Assembly: GCA_965261595.1 (NCBI GenBank)
Contig: CBDHDG010000007.1
Coordinates: 768,001-832,000, forward strand
Source: a bacterium
GTDB taxonomy: Bacteria; UBA8248; JACPRG01; G963555815
Reading direction: 5' to 3'
DNA length: 64,000 nt
Shown here: positions 41,478 to 52,200 of the stretch, piece by piece
Layout: each line of letters begins with the position of its first letter
How positions within the stretch are numbered: position 1 is the first letter of the stretch
Notes under the pieces: generated by a model
Databases searched by the model: none
Seen by the model: only the letters and a program-made list of their open reading frames with translations
What the model was told of the DNA's origin: nothing
Made by a program: the position numbers and the translations under genes

Positions 41478-42768
41478 GCGCTTGCTCCCTTTTGACGGTT
41501 CGGGCGTGCACCCCGACAAGGACGAGAAGCAGGAGCAGCCCCCCCAATCCCGGTCCGCCCAGGATTTTCCACGAATCCAGCGTTGTGGAAAGCGAGGCGT
41601 CCGCCAGCCAGTCGAAGACCCGCATCGGGACGGGCGGGCTCATCATCAAGTAGGCCGCGGCGAGGGCCGCCGCCCAAATCCGGCGCGAGACTTTCCGGCC
41701 GGCGGACGCGTCCTCCCGGAAGAGCTGAACCGCCGCCGCCGAAATCCCCGGCAGGGCGAGGGCCAGATAATACGTCTGGTTGCGGTTGATGAGCATCACC
41801 ATCATCAGCAGGAGGAGACCGCATTCCTGGGCGAGGGGACCCGGCCTCGACGAAGGGATGCGGAGGATTCCGTACGCCGCCAGCATGGCCAGCACGGCCA
41901 GGTTGACCCATCCCGCCCACTTGCGGACTTGCTCGGAATTCCGGACGCGAAGCCAAAGCCCTTCAGGCCGTCCCTCGATGAAAACCCGCTGGATCAGATT
42001 CACCAGGGACTGGTTGTTCGCGTGGGTCATGTCGTGTCCCGCGCCGAATGTCGTGGCCCGATATTCTTTCACCGAGTTGGATAGACGCCAGGGGAGCATC
42101 GGCGACAAGGCGGCCAGGATGATCGCCGCCGCGAGCACGGCGGCGCCCACCCCCTTCCATCGCCGTTTCCAGGCCAGGTAGGAAATGAACATCACGGGCA
42201 GGAACTTCAGCGTGGCGGCGATGACGATCCCGATCCCGCCGCGCGCCTGACGGTCCCAATACGCAAACGCCCAGAGGATGAGGAGCATCTCGGGCAGCTC
42301 GATGGCGCGCTGCCCGATGGAGGCGTGCAGGGGCGTGAAATTCAACCAGATGAGCGCGAGAAAAGACCACTCCACCCATCCGGTGAGATTGAGCAGCCTG
42401 CGGCCCACCAGCCAGAAGGCCGCCCCGATCGAGCACCACAGCGCGAGAAGGACCAGCCAGTCGATCAGGCTGTAGGAGCTGAAGAGGGTCAAGGGAAGGG
42501 TGATCACGTGAAACCCGGGACCGTAATTCCAGTATCCCTGAAGGCTGACGTGACTGTCGGCAAAAATGTTGTCCTTCAGGAGAACCGGATTGTAGGCCTC
42601 GGTGAAGGGCGCGGGGAAGGCTGAATAGAAATCCCCGGTGATGGAGCGGGCGGGCGTGAACACGCCCCCGTACAGGAATCGCAGAATCCCGTAGGCCAAG
42701 AACGCGACGCAGGCTGTTCTTACCCATTTCCGGTGGCGCACCCCTTGCCTTCTCCCTCCCGGCTTCAA
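41467..42768 (-). CDS. GT87/DUF2029-like membrane glycosyltransferase
   Basis: GDFY, NYGP, GQ, LKFLP, NQSL motifs. Confidence 0.7.
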   Translation of the reverse strand: MKPGGRRQGVRHRKWVRTACVAFLAYGILRFLYGGVFTPARSITGDFYSAFPAPFTEAYNPVLLKDNIFADSHVSLQGYWNYGPGFHVITLPLTLFSSYSLIDWLVLLALWCSIGAAFWLVGRRLLNLTGWVEWSFLALIWLNFTPLHASIGQRAIELPEMLLILWAFAYWDRQARGGIGIVIAATLKFLPVMFISYLAWKRRWKGVGAAVLAAAIILAALSPMLPWRLSNSVKEYRATTFGAGHDMTHANNQSLVNLIQRVFIEGRPEGLWLRVRNSEQVRKWAGWVNLAVLAMLAAYGILRIPSSRPGPLAQECGLLLLMMVMLINRNQTYYLALALPGISAAAVQLFREDASAGRKVSRRIWAAALAAAYLMMSPPVPMRVFDWLADASLSTTLDSWKILGGPGLGGLLLLLVLVGVHARTVKREQAHAA

Positions 42769-42838
42769 CGCCCGGACCGCCCCCTTCCCCCCCTCGGGAA
42801 TCGATCAGGGGCGGGCCAGATGATAGCACCGAGGGGCG

Positions 42839-42912
42839 CTTGCACGCCAGCCAAGGGCACTTGCGTGCCAGCCAAGCTGCGCCTGAGGCACTTGCGTGCC
42901 GGCCAAGCTGCG
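42839..42912. repeat. Short imperfect tandem repeat (3 x CTTGCrYGCCrGCCAAG)
   Basis: Three copies read directly in the sequence. Confidence 0.7.
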
Positions 42913-43221
42913 GTTGGAGGGCCTTGCGCTGACCACCACGTCCTTGGCGCACGGTGGGGCTTTTAGCCTGGGTTTCTCGCCAACTTTAACGCCCGAACGG
43001 GGTAGTTCGATTGAACCGGTTGGCTCCTCGTCCCGGCCCGCATTGTGTCTCTATCCTTTTCCTTTTCCAATCTGTGTAATCTGTGGATCGCCTTGAGGCG
43101 GAGCGAACGAGGGGGTCCACTGCGGAAGAAACACGGCGAGATCCTCACACGGGGATTTTCAATCCCCACTCAGGATGACAACCTCTGAATCAAGCTAGAT
43201 CGGAAAAAAGTATGGCGGCGG

Positions 43222-43312
43222 AAAAAGGGGTCAGATCTATTTTTCGCAGCCCGGCGAGTCGACGGCAACTCTCGCTCAACGCATGAGATGAAAAATAGAT
43301 CTGTCCCCTTTT
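43222..43312. repeat. Inverted pair of GGGGwCAGATCTATTTT repeats
   Basis: AAAAAGGGGTCAGATCTATTTT ... AAAATAGATCTGTCCCCTTTT; related copies near 45001, 48348, 49173, 31054. Confidence 0.7.
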
Positions 43313-43601
43313 TGTCTCCTTGAACGTAAACCATTAGAAACTGCTATTCAACAAACGACGAAAGTAAAACTCTCTGCGCTTAAAAAGACACATGTTACAT
43401 TCATCTCACCTAAGAAAGGTGAACTACCACAAGCCCGTCTAGGGTGAATTCAATATAGCAAGCCATTTAATAAGATAAAACGAGTTAAAAAAAGCTGAAA
43501 ATATCTACACTGAAGGATGTAAGGGAACAAACCTTTCCCCCGCTCTAGGGTTTTGTTGGACACTCGATTGATCCATGATTCATGGAGAAAGGGGTGTCGC
43601 G

Positions 43602-43988
43602 ATGAACGAACAAAAGCAAGAGGGGGCTTTGGCGGAGGGCGCCCGCAGGGCGAACGGAGCCAAGGCCCCAGGGCATCGCAGTGAGCGGGGTCGGTTCTCC
43701 TGCCAGCGCAAGCGGGAGGCGGTCCTGCGTCTTTTGCGGGGCGAGAGCCTGGAGACGCTCTGCCGCGAGTTGGGCACGACAGCGGCTCGGCTTTCCGCCT
43801 GGCGCGAGGCGTTCCTTCGCGCGGGCGAGGCGGCGCTCAAAGCCCGCCCGGCGGATGAGCGGGACGAGGAGAACGCCCGGCTCAAGGCCAAGGTGGGCGA
43901 ACTCACGATGGAGGGCGAGGTCCTGCGGGAGAAGATCGACCGCCTGGAGGCCGGCCGCCCTTTAGCCGGCAGGAGGTGGAGGCGATGA
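43602..43988 (+). CDS. IS3 transposase OrfA
   Basis: HTH (RKREAVLRLLRGE...LSAWR) plus coiled coil. Confidence 0.85.
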   Translation: MNEQKQEGALAEGARRANGAKAPGHRSERGRFSCQRKREAVLRLLRGESLETLCRELGTTAARLSAWREAFLRAGEAALKARPADERDEENARLKAKVGELTMEGEVLREKIDRLEAGRPLAGRRWRR

Positions 43989-44893
43989 GTCAGGCCCGCT
44001 TCACCTCCACGGGCAGAGCCTACGGCCTGAAGCGGGTGTGCGCCCTTTGAGGCTTGGCGCGCTCCACGGTCTACGCGCAACGGCGGCGAGAGGCGGTCCC
44101 CGTTCATGAACGCCCCACGCCCAATAAGCGCGGCCCTGTGGGCCCGTGCACCGATGCGGAACTCCTCGGCCACATCCGGCAGGTCCTGGAGGACTCTCCC
44201 TTCCATGGCGAGGGCTACCGCAAGGTGTGGGCGAGGCTGCGCTTCGCGGGCATCCGCACCAGCAAGGAGCGGGTGCGTCGCCTGATGCGGGAGGCGGGGC
44301 TTCAGGCCCCCCACCGGGTGGGCAAACCCCGAGGTCCCAAGGCCCACAACGGGACCATCCGCACCGAGCGGCCCGACCGAATGTGGGGCACGCACATGAC
44401 GACGACGGTGACCACCGAGGAGGGGATGGCCTCGGTGTTCGTGGCGGTGGATCACTGCTCGGTGGACTGCGTGGGGATCCATGCGGCCAAGAGCGGCAAC
44501 CGCTTCGAGGCCCTGGAGCCGATCCGGCAGGGGGTCGCCGAGCGCTTCGCCGGCTTGGAGGCGGACGTCGCCGAGGGGCTTAAAGTTCGTCACGACCACG
44601 GCCCCGCCTATCTGTCCGATGACTTTCAGCGGGAGATCGCCTACCTGGGCATGACCAGTTCGCCCAGCTTCGTGCGGGCGCCCGAGGGAAATGGCTACTG
44701 TGAGTGGTTTATCCGCATCTTGAAGGAGAATCTCCTGTGGGTGCGCTCTTTCGCCACCGTAGAGGAACTGCGGTGGGCGCTGCTTGAGTTCAAGAACCTG
44801 TACAACCATCATTGGATTCTCGAGGGCTACGGCTACCGAACGCCGGCCCAGGCAAGGCAGGAAAAACTCGCTCAAGTTGCGGAGGCCGCATGA
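43985..44893 (+). pseudogene. IS3 transposase OrfB (rve), premature TGA at 44048
   Basis: TGG in copy B is TGA here; [12 protein letters not shown]. Confidence 0.85.
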
Positions 44894-45282
44894 GGTCGAA
44901 TACCCTCACCAGAGTGTCCAATAACCCAGGGGCGGTCCACCTTTGATTACTTCTTTGAAGCGGAGTGTGAGGAATAATGGCGTCGAGTTATGGAGGGGGA
45001 AAAGGGGTCAGATCTATTTTTTGCGAAATATGGGGTCTGACCCCATTACCCCGCGATTGTCTCCTGTCAAGATTTGACGCCGTCTCATCCTCGAATTCCT
45101 GTTTGACAGGTTCGGTAGAGAGCGGTCTAATCGGGCTAAACAGCAAGGAGTGGTGGGTACGGGCCTGTCCTGATTTGAAATGAGAAAATCCGGTCTCTAC
45201 GCCGATGATTTGACACATCCAATTGCGACCCGATGTTCCTTCTTCCCCGCACCGCACCCCTGTCAACCAGGAGGGCAAGCCG

Positions 45283-46775
45283 ATGGCTGGCGATCTCTTT
45301 TTCACCAACGGCTTCATCATCACCCTCAACCCGAATGGGGATATCTTTGAGAATGGCGATCTCCTGGTCCGCGAGGGTGTCATCGAGGCTGTCGGAACAA
45401 ACTTGGAGGCCCCGCCTGATTTCGATGGCTCCCTCATGGATCTCCAGGGAAAGCTCGTCCTCCCCGGTATGGTCAACTGCCACTGCCACTTCGAAGAGAC
45501 GGCCATCCGCACTCTCAACTACGGGTTGCCCCTGGAAACCTGGCTCTCATACAAGATTTCCGCTCTCAAATTTCTCGATCTATCAAAGGAAGAGCTCACG
45601 GCTATCCTGACCCTCACCTGCGTCGACATGCTGGAACATGGCGTGACCTCAGGGCTCAACCACATGAGGGCCGGCAGGGCCGTCGAGGAGGACAGTCTGG
45701 ACGCGGCCATCGCCGCGTTTGTCGCCTCGGGGCTGAGGGCCGTGCTCTGCCCCCAGATCTCCGATCGCCCGTTACGAGACCAAATCCCCATCGACCTGGA
45801 GGGCCTGCCGGATTCGGTCCGGGCGTGGTTCGCGGCGGAGCAACCCCCCCCACGGAATTGATCCTCGAGCGCGCGGAGGCCGTGCTTGACAAGGCCGAGG
45901 GCGCCCGGTCTTCCCGCGTCTCGGGAGGCATTGGCCCCTCATCGCCCCGGGGGTGCACGGACGCGCTTCTCCGGGGTTGTGCGGACTTGTCGGAAAAGCG
46001 CGGCGTTCCGCTTCACACCCATCTTCTGGAAAGCCGAACGCAGGTTCATCAAGGACGGAAGATGTACGGTTCCACCATCCCGGAGCACCTCCGCGACCTG
46101 GGTTATCTCTCCCCCCGGACATCCTTCGCCCATGCGATCTGGGTCAGTGAAGGGGACATCCGGCTTTTGGCCGAGACCGGTTGCAGGGTGGCGCACAACC
46201 CCGCGTCCAACCTTAAATTGGGGAGCGGAATCGCGCCCGTGCGGAAATACCTGGATGCCGGCGTGCCCGTAGGGCTTGGAATCGACGGAGCGAACAGTAG
46301 CGATTAGGGGAGCGTCTTTCACCAGGCGCATCTCGCGGCGCTGGTTCACAACATTCGGGAAGGGGATCCAGAGCGTGGGGTGGCCCCTGTCGAAGCCCTC
46401 CGTATGGCCACCACGGGCGGTGCGGCGGTGATGCTGATGGAGGATCGGGTGGGAACCATTGAGCCGGGCAAGCACGCAGACCTGGTCGTGCTGAACCGGA
46501 CGCTGAATTTCGAGCCCTGGATCGACCCTTTGAACAGCCTCGTTTTTGCGGAGGATGGGGAATCGGTCGATCAGGTTTTCGTGGAAGGCGAAGAGGTGGT
46601 TCGAGACGGGCGGGCCGTCTGCGCGAATCGGGAGGAGATGCTGAAAACCGTCGAAGGGGCGGCGAAGCGGCTCCGGGAAAATCGTCCCGCCGCCCTGGCC
46701 GAAGCGGATGAGTTACACCCTCACCTCATGGCCTTATCCAGAACGTACTCCGCCCTTCCGCTGGATCACGCCTGA
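45283..46775 (+). pseudogene. Amidohydrolase (AtzA/MtaD-like), frameshift near 45850 plus in-frame TAG 46305-46307
   Basis: NCHCH, HTHLLE, AHAIW, HNPASNLKLGSG, GIDG, GKHADLV spread over three ORFs. Confidence 0.8.
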
Positions 46776-47056
46776 GAGGTTTCCGGTCTCAGGATGAGGG
46801 TCGGCGGCGGGCTGTCCGATGATGGGAAAGATAGGGGTCGAATCTTTCGTCAACGGGATAATCCCGCGAACCTCCCCCACCTGACAATCCCCGCCTGCCG
46901 TGGATCGTGAAAAACCAGGAAGCCAATCGGCCCCGGCTCGCTTGCGCCCGCAAATCCCCCCTCCACCGAATCATAGAGCTTCTCCCAGAAGGCTTGCGAT
47001 AGAACCGACCGCGCGACTTTCAAGGTCCGGCGCAAAGACAGGGGGTTGTTTGAGAC

Positions 47057-48316
47057 TTACGACGTCTTCACCGGCGGTGATTTAATGGCCGCGCAACAAG
47101 CCGACGCACCGGCCAGAAGTCCGGCGGTCAGGAAGAAGATCAACCGATAGCTTCCGGTGGCGTCGAAGGTCGCCCCCGCCGCATAAGGCCCCATCAGGGC
47201 GCCCAGGGAATGCCCAATCAACATGTATCCGTGAAGGGTCCCCAGCGGGTTTCGTCCAAACAGGTGGGCCGACATCCCGGGAGTCAGGGGGGTTGTGGCC
47301 TGATGGAAAAGTCCGTAGAGGACGACTACGCCGAACAGCATGACTACGCTGTCCGTTAGGCCAAGGAGCAGAATCCCCACGCACCGAATGGCGTAGATCA
47401 TCACGAGCGGAGCGCGATATCCAATCCGATCGGCCCATGCGCCCATCCAGAGGACGCCGATGATGGACAAGCCGCCGATCAGGCCGAACGCGTTAGCGGC
47501 CGTCTGTTCTCTGACGCCGATTCCGGTGGCGAAGATGGGGAAATGAACGTAAATGACGAAATCCGTAAATCCGCACGCGACATAGCTGGCGAAAAGGAGC
47601 CAGAAGGATCGGGTCCGCAAGGCTTCCCGGACTTCTCCCCGGGGAATCCACGCGATTCTCCTGTCAATGGGCTTCGCGGGACCGGATTCTGATGTGGCCG
47701 CGCCGTCCGGTGAAAGGCCCATCTTTTCCGGGGATTCCCGAAGAAACAGATACACTGCCGGTGCGAGAAGCCCCCAAAGCATCCCGGCCCAAATGATAAA
47801 TGTCCAGCGCCAACCATAGGCCCCGATGAGGAATTGCGAGAACGGGACGAGCAGGAGCTGCCCGGCGTTATAGCCGGCGATGGATATGGCCAGCGCCTTT
47901 CCGCGGGACCGGACGAACCACCGGGAGATCAGAACGGCGTTGGTCGTCATCGTCGCGAGGCCGGTTCCCGTCGCGACCAGCAGGCTGTAAGTCGCAAACA
48001 GGGCCCAGGCGGATGTCGCGAAGGAAGAAAGAAGACACCCCAACCCCATCAGGCCGACACCGAAGAGGTTCAACCGCCTGGCGCCGAACCGATTCACGAG
48101 GGTTCCGGCCAGAAATGCGCCCGCCGCCCAGAAAATCATCCCGACGGTGATGATCAGCGAGAGCCTCCCCCGGGCGACGCCGAATTCCGCCAGCAGCGGC
48201 TTGAAGAACACGCCGAAACCCGACCAGATCCCCCCCGCGAACGCCAAGCTGGAAAATCCGAGAAGGACAATGACCCACCCGTAGAAAAATCCCCCCTGTA
48301 CGGATTTGGGGTGCAT
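47057..48316 (-). CDS. MFS transporter (OFA/MCT-like)
   Basis: FFYGWVIV, WFVRSRGKA, YGWR. Confidence 0.9.
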   Translation of the reverse strand: MHPKSVQGGFFYGWVIVLLGFSSLAFAGGIWSGFGVFFKPLLAEFGVARGRLSLIITVGMIFWAAGAFLAGTLVNRFGARRLNLFGVGLMGLGCLLSSFATSAWALFATYSLLVATGTGLATMTTNAVLISRWFVRSRGKALAISIAGYNAGQLLLVPFSQFLIGAYGWRWTFIIWAGMLWGLLAPAVYLFLRESPEKMGLSPDGAATSESGPAKPIDRRIAWIPRGEVREALRTRSFWLLFASYVACGFTDFVIYVHFPIFATGIGVREQTAANAFGLIGGLSIIGVLWMGAWADRIGYRAPLVMIYAIRCVGILLLGLTDSVVMLFGVVVLYGLFHQATTPLTPGMSAHLFGRNPLGTLHGYMLIGHSLGALMGPYAAGATFDATGSYRLIFFLTAGLLAGASACCAAIKSPPVKTS

Positions 48317-48355
48317 GTCATGCTCTCCAAAATATCTCTTGGGGGGAAATTGGGG

Positions 48356-48934
48356 TCAGGTCCAACATTTCCCAAGTTTCTCACGAAGGTCGGGAAAGAG
48401 GAAAGTGGCCAGCTTCAGGGCCAGGCGCATCAGTTCCGGATTGGCGTCGTTGTTGGCATTGGCCAGATGCTCCAGAAACCGGCTCCCGGTCTTACCGATC
48501 TTCGGCGCCACCTCCGTCAGCCAGATAGTGCACCTCAACCGCTTCCACCTGGCAAAAAAATGGCCGTATCTCGTTGAACTTGTGATGCCGCCAATGCTGG
48601 AGCAGGCGCGCCGTTTCCGGCGTGACCTGCCAATCGTTGGGATTCGGCAGGCTGCGCCACCGGTCTACATGGCGGCGCAGCTCATTGATGACCGGCGTGG
48701 GGTCGTACCGTTGCTCCTCGGTCGAAAGCCCTTTGCCTTCGTCAAAGACGATGGTTTTTTGCTCGGTAGCGCCCTTGCGCTTTCGGGGCTTTGGCACAGG
48801 CGTGATGAACTCTGCGTGGCGACGTCTTTCGATGATCTGGTGGGTCGGCTGGCCCTCCTCATCCAACTCCCAGTGGCGAGCTGGGTGCTCGTAAGGGGAA
48901 TTGAGGATCGGGTGCTCAAAAAAGGCTCAGTCAT
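48356..48934 (-). pseudogene. Type III restriction (Res) subunit N-terminal fragment
   Basis: PILNSPY.HP.RHWEL, INELR..VDRWR, T..LLQHW, RPFFCQ.EAVE, RLALKLAT; frameshifted and truncated. Confidence 0.75.
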
Positions 48935-49511
48935 TCAGAAGGCTCCAGACAGGCCAATTATTCGATTGCTAGGAAATGACCATGTCAGGCGACATAATCC
49001 CCCAAGGATCCCATTTTTAGAAGAACCTTAGCACAATACTCTCTTTTCGGGCCAAGCATCTCCTCATGGCGGGGTCGGAGGATGGAGCAGACCGCGAAGG
49101 AGGCCCAGGGCCAAGTCTTACATTCTAATGTTTTCCGACTTTCGTCCTACTTTTTGAAAAGAAAAGTGGTGGAATTGGGGTCGGACTCTAATTTCTTGCT
49201 CCGACGACTCCAGTCAAAACCGGGTCAACTCCAGGGGTGGATTGGGGCGGGGGATTTTTCGGGCCTCCCCCGGAAGGGCCGTGAAATTCGGGTTCGGCGA
49301 CCTCACAAGACCAAACACCCAACGGGGCGGGTCCGGGGAAGCCGGTTCAAACCAGCAACACCGTCCCGCTTCATTGACAGATGAGAGATGTTAAAGATAA
49401 AAGGAAAACTTAATGAAACATCGTTTTGAGATGGGGGTGACGGCGTGAAATCCGGCCATGACGGGCGAGAACGCGGCCATTTCCTTCGTTCAACAAAGGG
49501 GGGGATTCGAG

Positions 49512-50510
49512 ATGGTTTTTGCGAGACGGACGTGCAAATGGGCTTTCGGAACGGCTGCCGTTCTCGGGCTGGTTCTCAGCCTGGGGGTCGCCGCTTATCC
49601 GGCCGAGAAGATCCAGTTCCAGAACTGGTGGGTCTGGCAGCCGAACACCAGCCCCTTCTGGCTGGCCATCGACAGTGGCTTCTATAAGGCGGAGGGCCTG
49701 GACGTCAATTACGTCGAGGGCAAAGGGTCGTCGTACGCCATTCAGGCCGTCGGGGCCAATAAGGCGGACATCGGCGTGTCCGACCTGGGCACGGCCGCTT
49801 TCGGCATATCCAAAAAGACCCCCCATCAAGGCCATCTTCTCCTTCCTGCAAAGCGGGCCCCAGGCGGTCATCTCGCACAGGGAGACCGGGATCAAAAACC
49901 CGAAAGACTTGGATGGAAAGCGGCTGGCGTTCGGCCCGGCGGACAGCGGCTGGATCCTCTTCCCCGCCTTCGCCAGCGCCAACGGCATCGACATGTCGAA
50001 GATCATCCAGGTGAGCGCGGGGCCGGCCTCGATGCGCCAGCTTCTTCTCGCCAAAAAGGTAAACACGATTCTCAACTACTTCACCTCCATTCCCGAGATG
50101 GCGTCCCGGGGCGCGGACCTGACCTATCTTCGCTACGCCGACTATAAGGTGAGCCTCCTGGGCGGCGGGCTGATTGCCCATACCGAGACCCTCAAGAACC
50201 GGGGCGCGATGCTCCGAAAGTTCGTCAAGGCCACAACGAAGGGGTTTGCGGAGGCCATGAAGGATCCGGAAAAATCAATCACCGGCCTGATGAAGCGGGC
50301 CCCCATGACGGTCTCGAAGAAGAATATCGCGATCCAAAACCTGAAGATGTCGCTGAGCCTGCTGCACACGAAACGCTCCAAAGGCAAGGCCATCGGCTGG
50401 ATGGACAGGAAGGACTGGGAGAGCACCATCCATCTGTTGGCAAAGTATCGGAAAATGAAGCCGCTCGCTGTGGATCGGTACTTCACCAACGCATTTTCCC
50501 GAAGAACTGA
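49512..50510 (+). CDS. NMT1/THI5-like ABC substrate-binding protein, copy 1 (frameshifts near 49820 and 50495)
   Basis: Close paralog of 50968-51966. Confidence 0.85.
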
Positions 50511-50559
50511 GCCGCTTAACCCGGACCGCTCGGCGGCATTTACGCAGGTGCCCCCTCTT

Positions 50560-50735
50560 GTCATTCCCGCGCAGGCGGGAATCCAGAAGTGTTTCAGATC
50601 GGTCCCAATCAATCTGACCTCCACCTGCACCGAAGGCCTTTCTCCCTCTCGTATACTTCTCTATTCAATGATCACTTGGGCAGGAGGATGGACCCGCGGC
50701 TCAGAACGCTGGATTCCCGCCTGCGCGGGAATGAC
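50560..50735. repeat. REP doublet (GTCATTCCCGCGCAGGCGGGAATCCAG, inverted)
   Basis: 27-bp perfect inverted pair, each unit itself palindromic. Confidence 0.85.
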
Positions 50736-50967
50736 GGCTTGGGGTGGATGTTTGACAGCGCCTGTTATCGAGATCGCTGGCACCGCGCGGCCGATTAAAA
50801 ACCGGGGATCTCTGACTGTCCCGCTTCATTGACAGATGGGAGAAGTTGAAGGTATAAGGTAAACTTACAGGGATGTCGTTTCTGGATGACGGTCGCTGCG
50901 TGAAATTCGGCCGCGATGGATGAAGAATGCGGCCATCTTCTTCGTTCAACAAAAAGGATGATTCGAG

Positions 50968-51966
50968 ATGGTTTTTGCGAGACAGATGTTCAAATGGACT
51001 TTCAGTATGGCTGCTGTTCTCGGGCTGGTTCTTAGTCTCGGGGCTAGCGTTTACGCGGGTGAGAAGATCCAATTCCAGAACTGGTGGGTCTGGAACCCAA
51101 ACATCAGCCCCTTCCACCTGGCCATCGACAACGGCTACTACAAAGCGGAGGGCTTGAATGTTAACTACGTCGAAGGCAAAGGGTCATCGATGGCCATTCA
51201 GGCGGTCGGGGCCGAGAAGGCGGACATCGGCGTGTCCGACCTTGGAACAGCAGCCTTCGCCATATCCAAAAATACCCCAATTAAGGCCATTTTCTCCTTC
51301 TTGCAAAGCGGGCCCCAGTCGGCCGTCTCACACAGGGAGACTGGGATCAAAAAGCCGAAAGACTTAGAAGGAAAGCGGATTGCATTCGGCCCAGCAGATA
51401 GTGGCTGGATTCTCTTTCCCGCCTTTGCGGCCGCAAATGGCATCGACATGTCGAAGATCATTCAGGTGGCTGCGGGACCTTCCTCCATCCAGCAGCTTCT
51501 CCTCGCTAAAAAGGTGGATGTCGCCCTCACCTATTTCACCTCCGTTCCCGAGATGGCGTCCCAAGGCGCGGATCTCACTTATCTTCGTTACGCCGACTAT
51601 AAGGTTAGTCTTATTGGTGGTGGGTTAGTTGTCCATACCAATACAATCAAAAATCGGGGAGCGATGCTTCGAAAGTTTGTCAGAGCTTCGTCGAAGGGAT
51701 TTGCAGCAGCTCGAAAAGATCCGGAGAAGTCAGTCGCAGGTCTTATGAAACGGGCTCCCATGACTATTTCAAAGAAGAAGATTGCTGTCCAAAACCTAAA
51801 GATGTCACTGAGTCTCTTGCACACGAAACGCTCCAAAGGCAAGCCCATCGGCTGGATGGCTCCGGAGGATTGGGAGGACACGATTCGCCTGTTGGCGAAG
51901 TACCGAAAGATGAAGGCGCGGCCCGTGGATCAGTACTACACCAACGCGTTTTTCTCGAAGAACTGA
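50968..51966 (+). CDS. NMT1/THI5-like ABC substrate-binding protein, copy 2
   Basis: Signal peptide; GYYKAEGL, EGKGS, PKDLEGK, YYTNAF. Confidence 0.9.
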   Translation: MVFARQMFKWTFSMAAVLGLVLSLGASVYAGEKIQFQNWWVWNPNISPFHLAIDNGYYKAEGLNVNYVEGKGSSMAIQAVGAEKADIGVSDLGTAAFAISKNTPIKAIFSFLQSGPQSAVSHRETGIKKPKDLEGKRIAFGPADSGWILFPAFAAANGIDMSKIIQVAAGPSSIQQLLLAKKVDVALTYFTSVPEMASQGADLTYLRYADYKVSLIGGGLVVHTNTIKNRGAMLRKFVRASSKGFAAARKDPEKSVAGLMKRAPMTISKKKIAVQNLKMSLSLLHTKRSKGKPIGWMAPEDWEDTIRLLAKYRKMKARPVDQYYTNAFFSKN

Positions 51967-52200
51967 GACGGAGCGGGACCTGGGCCAGTCCGCCCGGGTC
52001 CCGCCCGTGAGGCCTCTCTGAAGTGTTCCGATGGTCCCCGGTTCCACCCGCGGCCGAGGTCGGGGCGATAGGCGCGAGCATTACCGGGAAAGGGGACACC
52101 TGACGCGGGGTCCCCGGCGGGCCGGACAACGCCGGAAGCATCCGGAATCTGGAATCCCCCCCCCTCCCCCCCCCTGAGGCCGACGTAGGAGAAAAAAAGC

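Larger units (their letters stand above)
43535..44939 (+). mobile_element. IS3-family element, copy A (~1.4 kb)
   Basis: Imperfect IRs sharing GGGTT..TTGGACACTC; CCT direct repeat on both flanks; near-identical to 60808-62213. Confidence 0.92.

Noticed and set aside
42839..42912. CRISPR array
   Set aside because: Only three short units, no unique spacers of proper length, no cas genes
44048..44050. TGA in IS OrfB as selenocysteine
   Set aside because: Corresponds to Trp (TGG) in copy B, so a nonsense change or error
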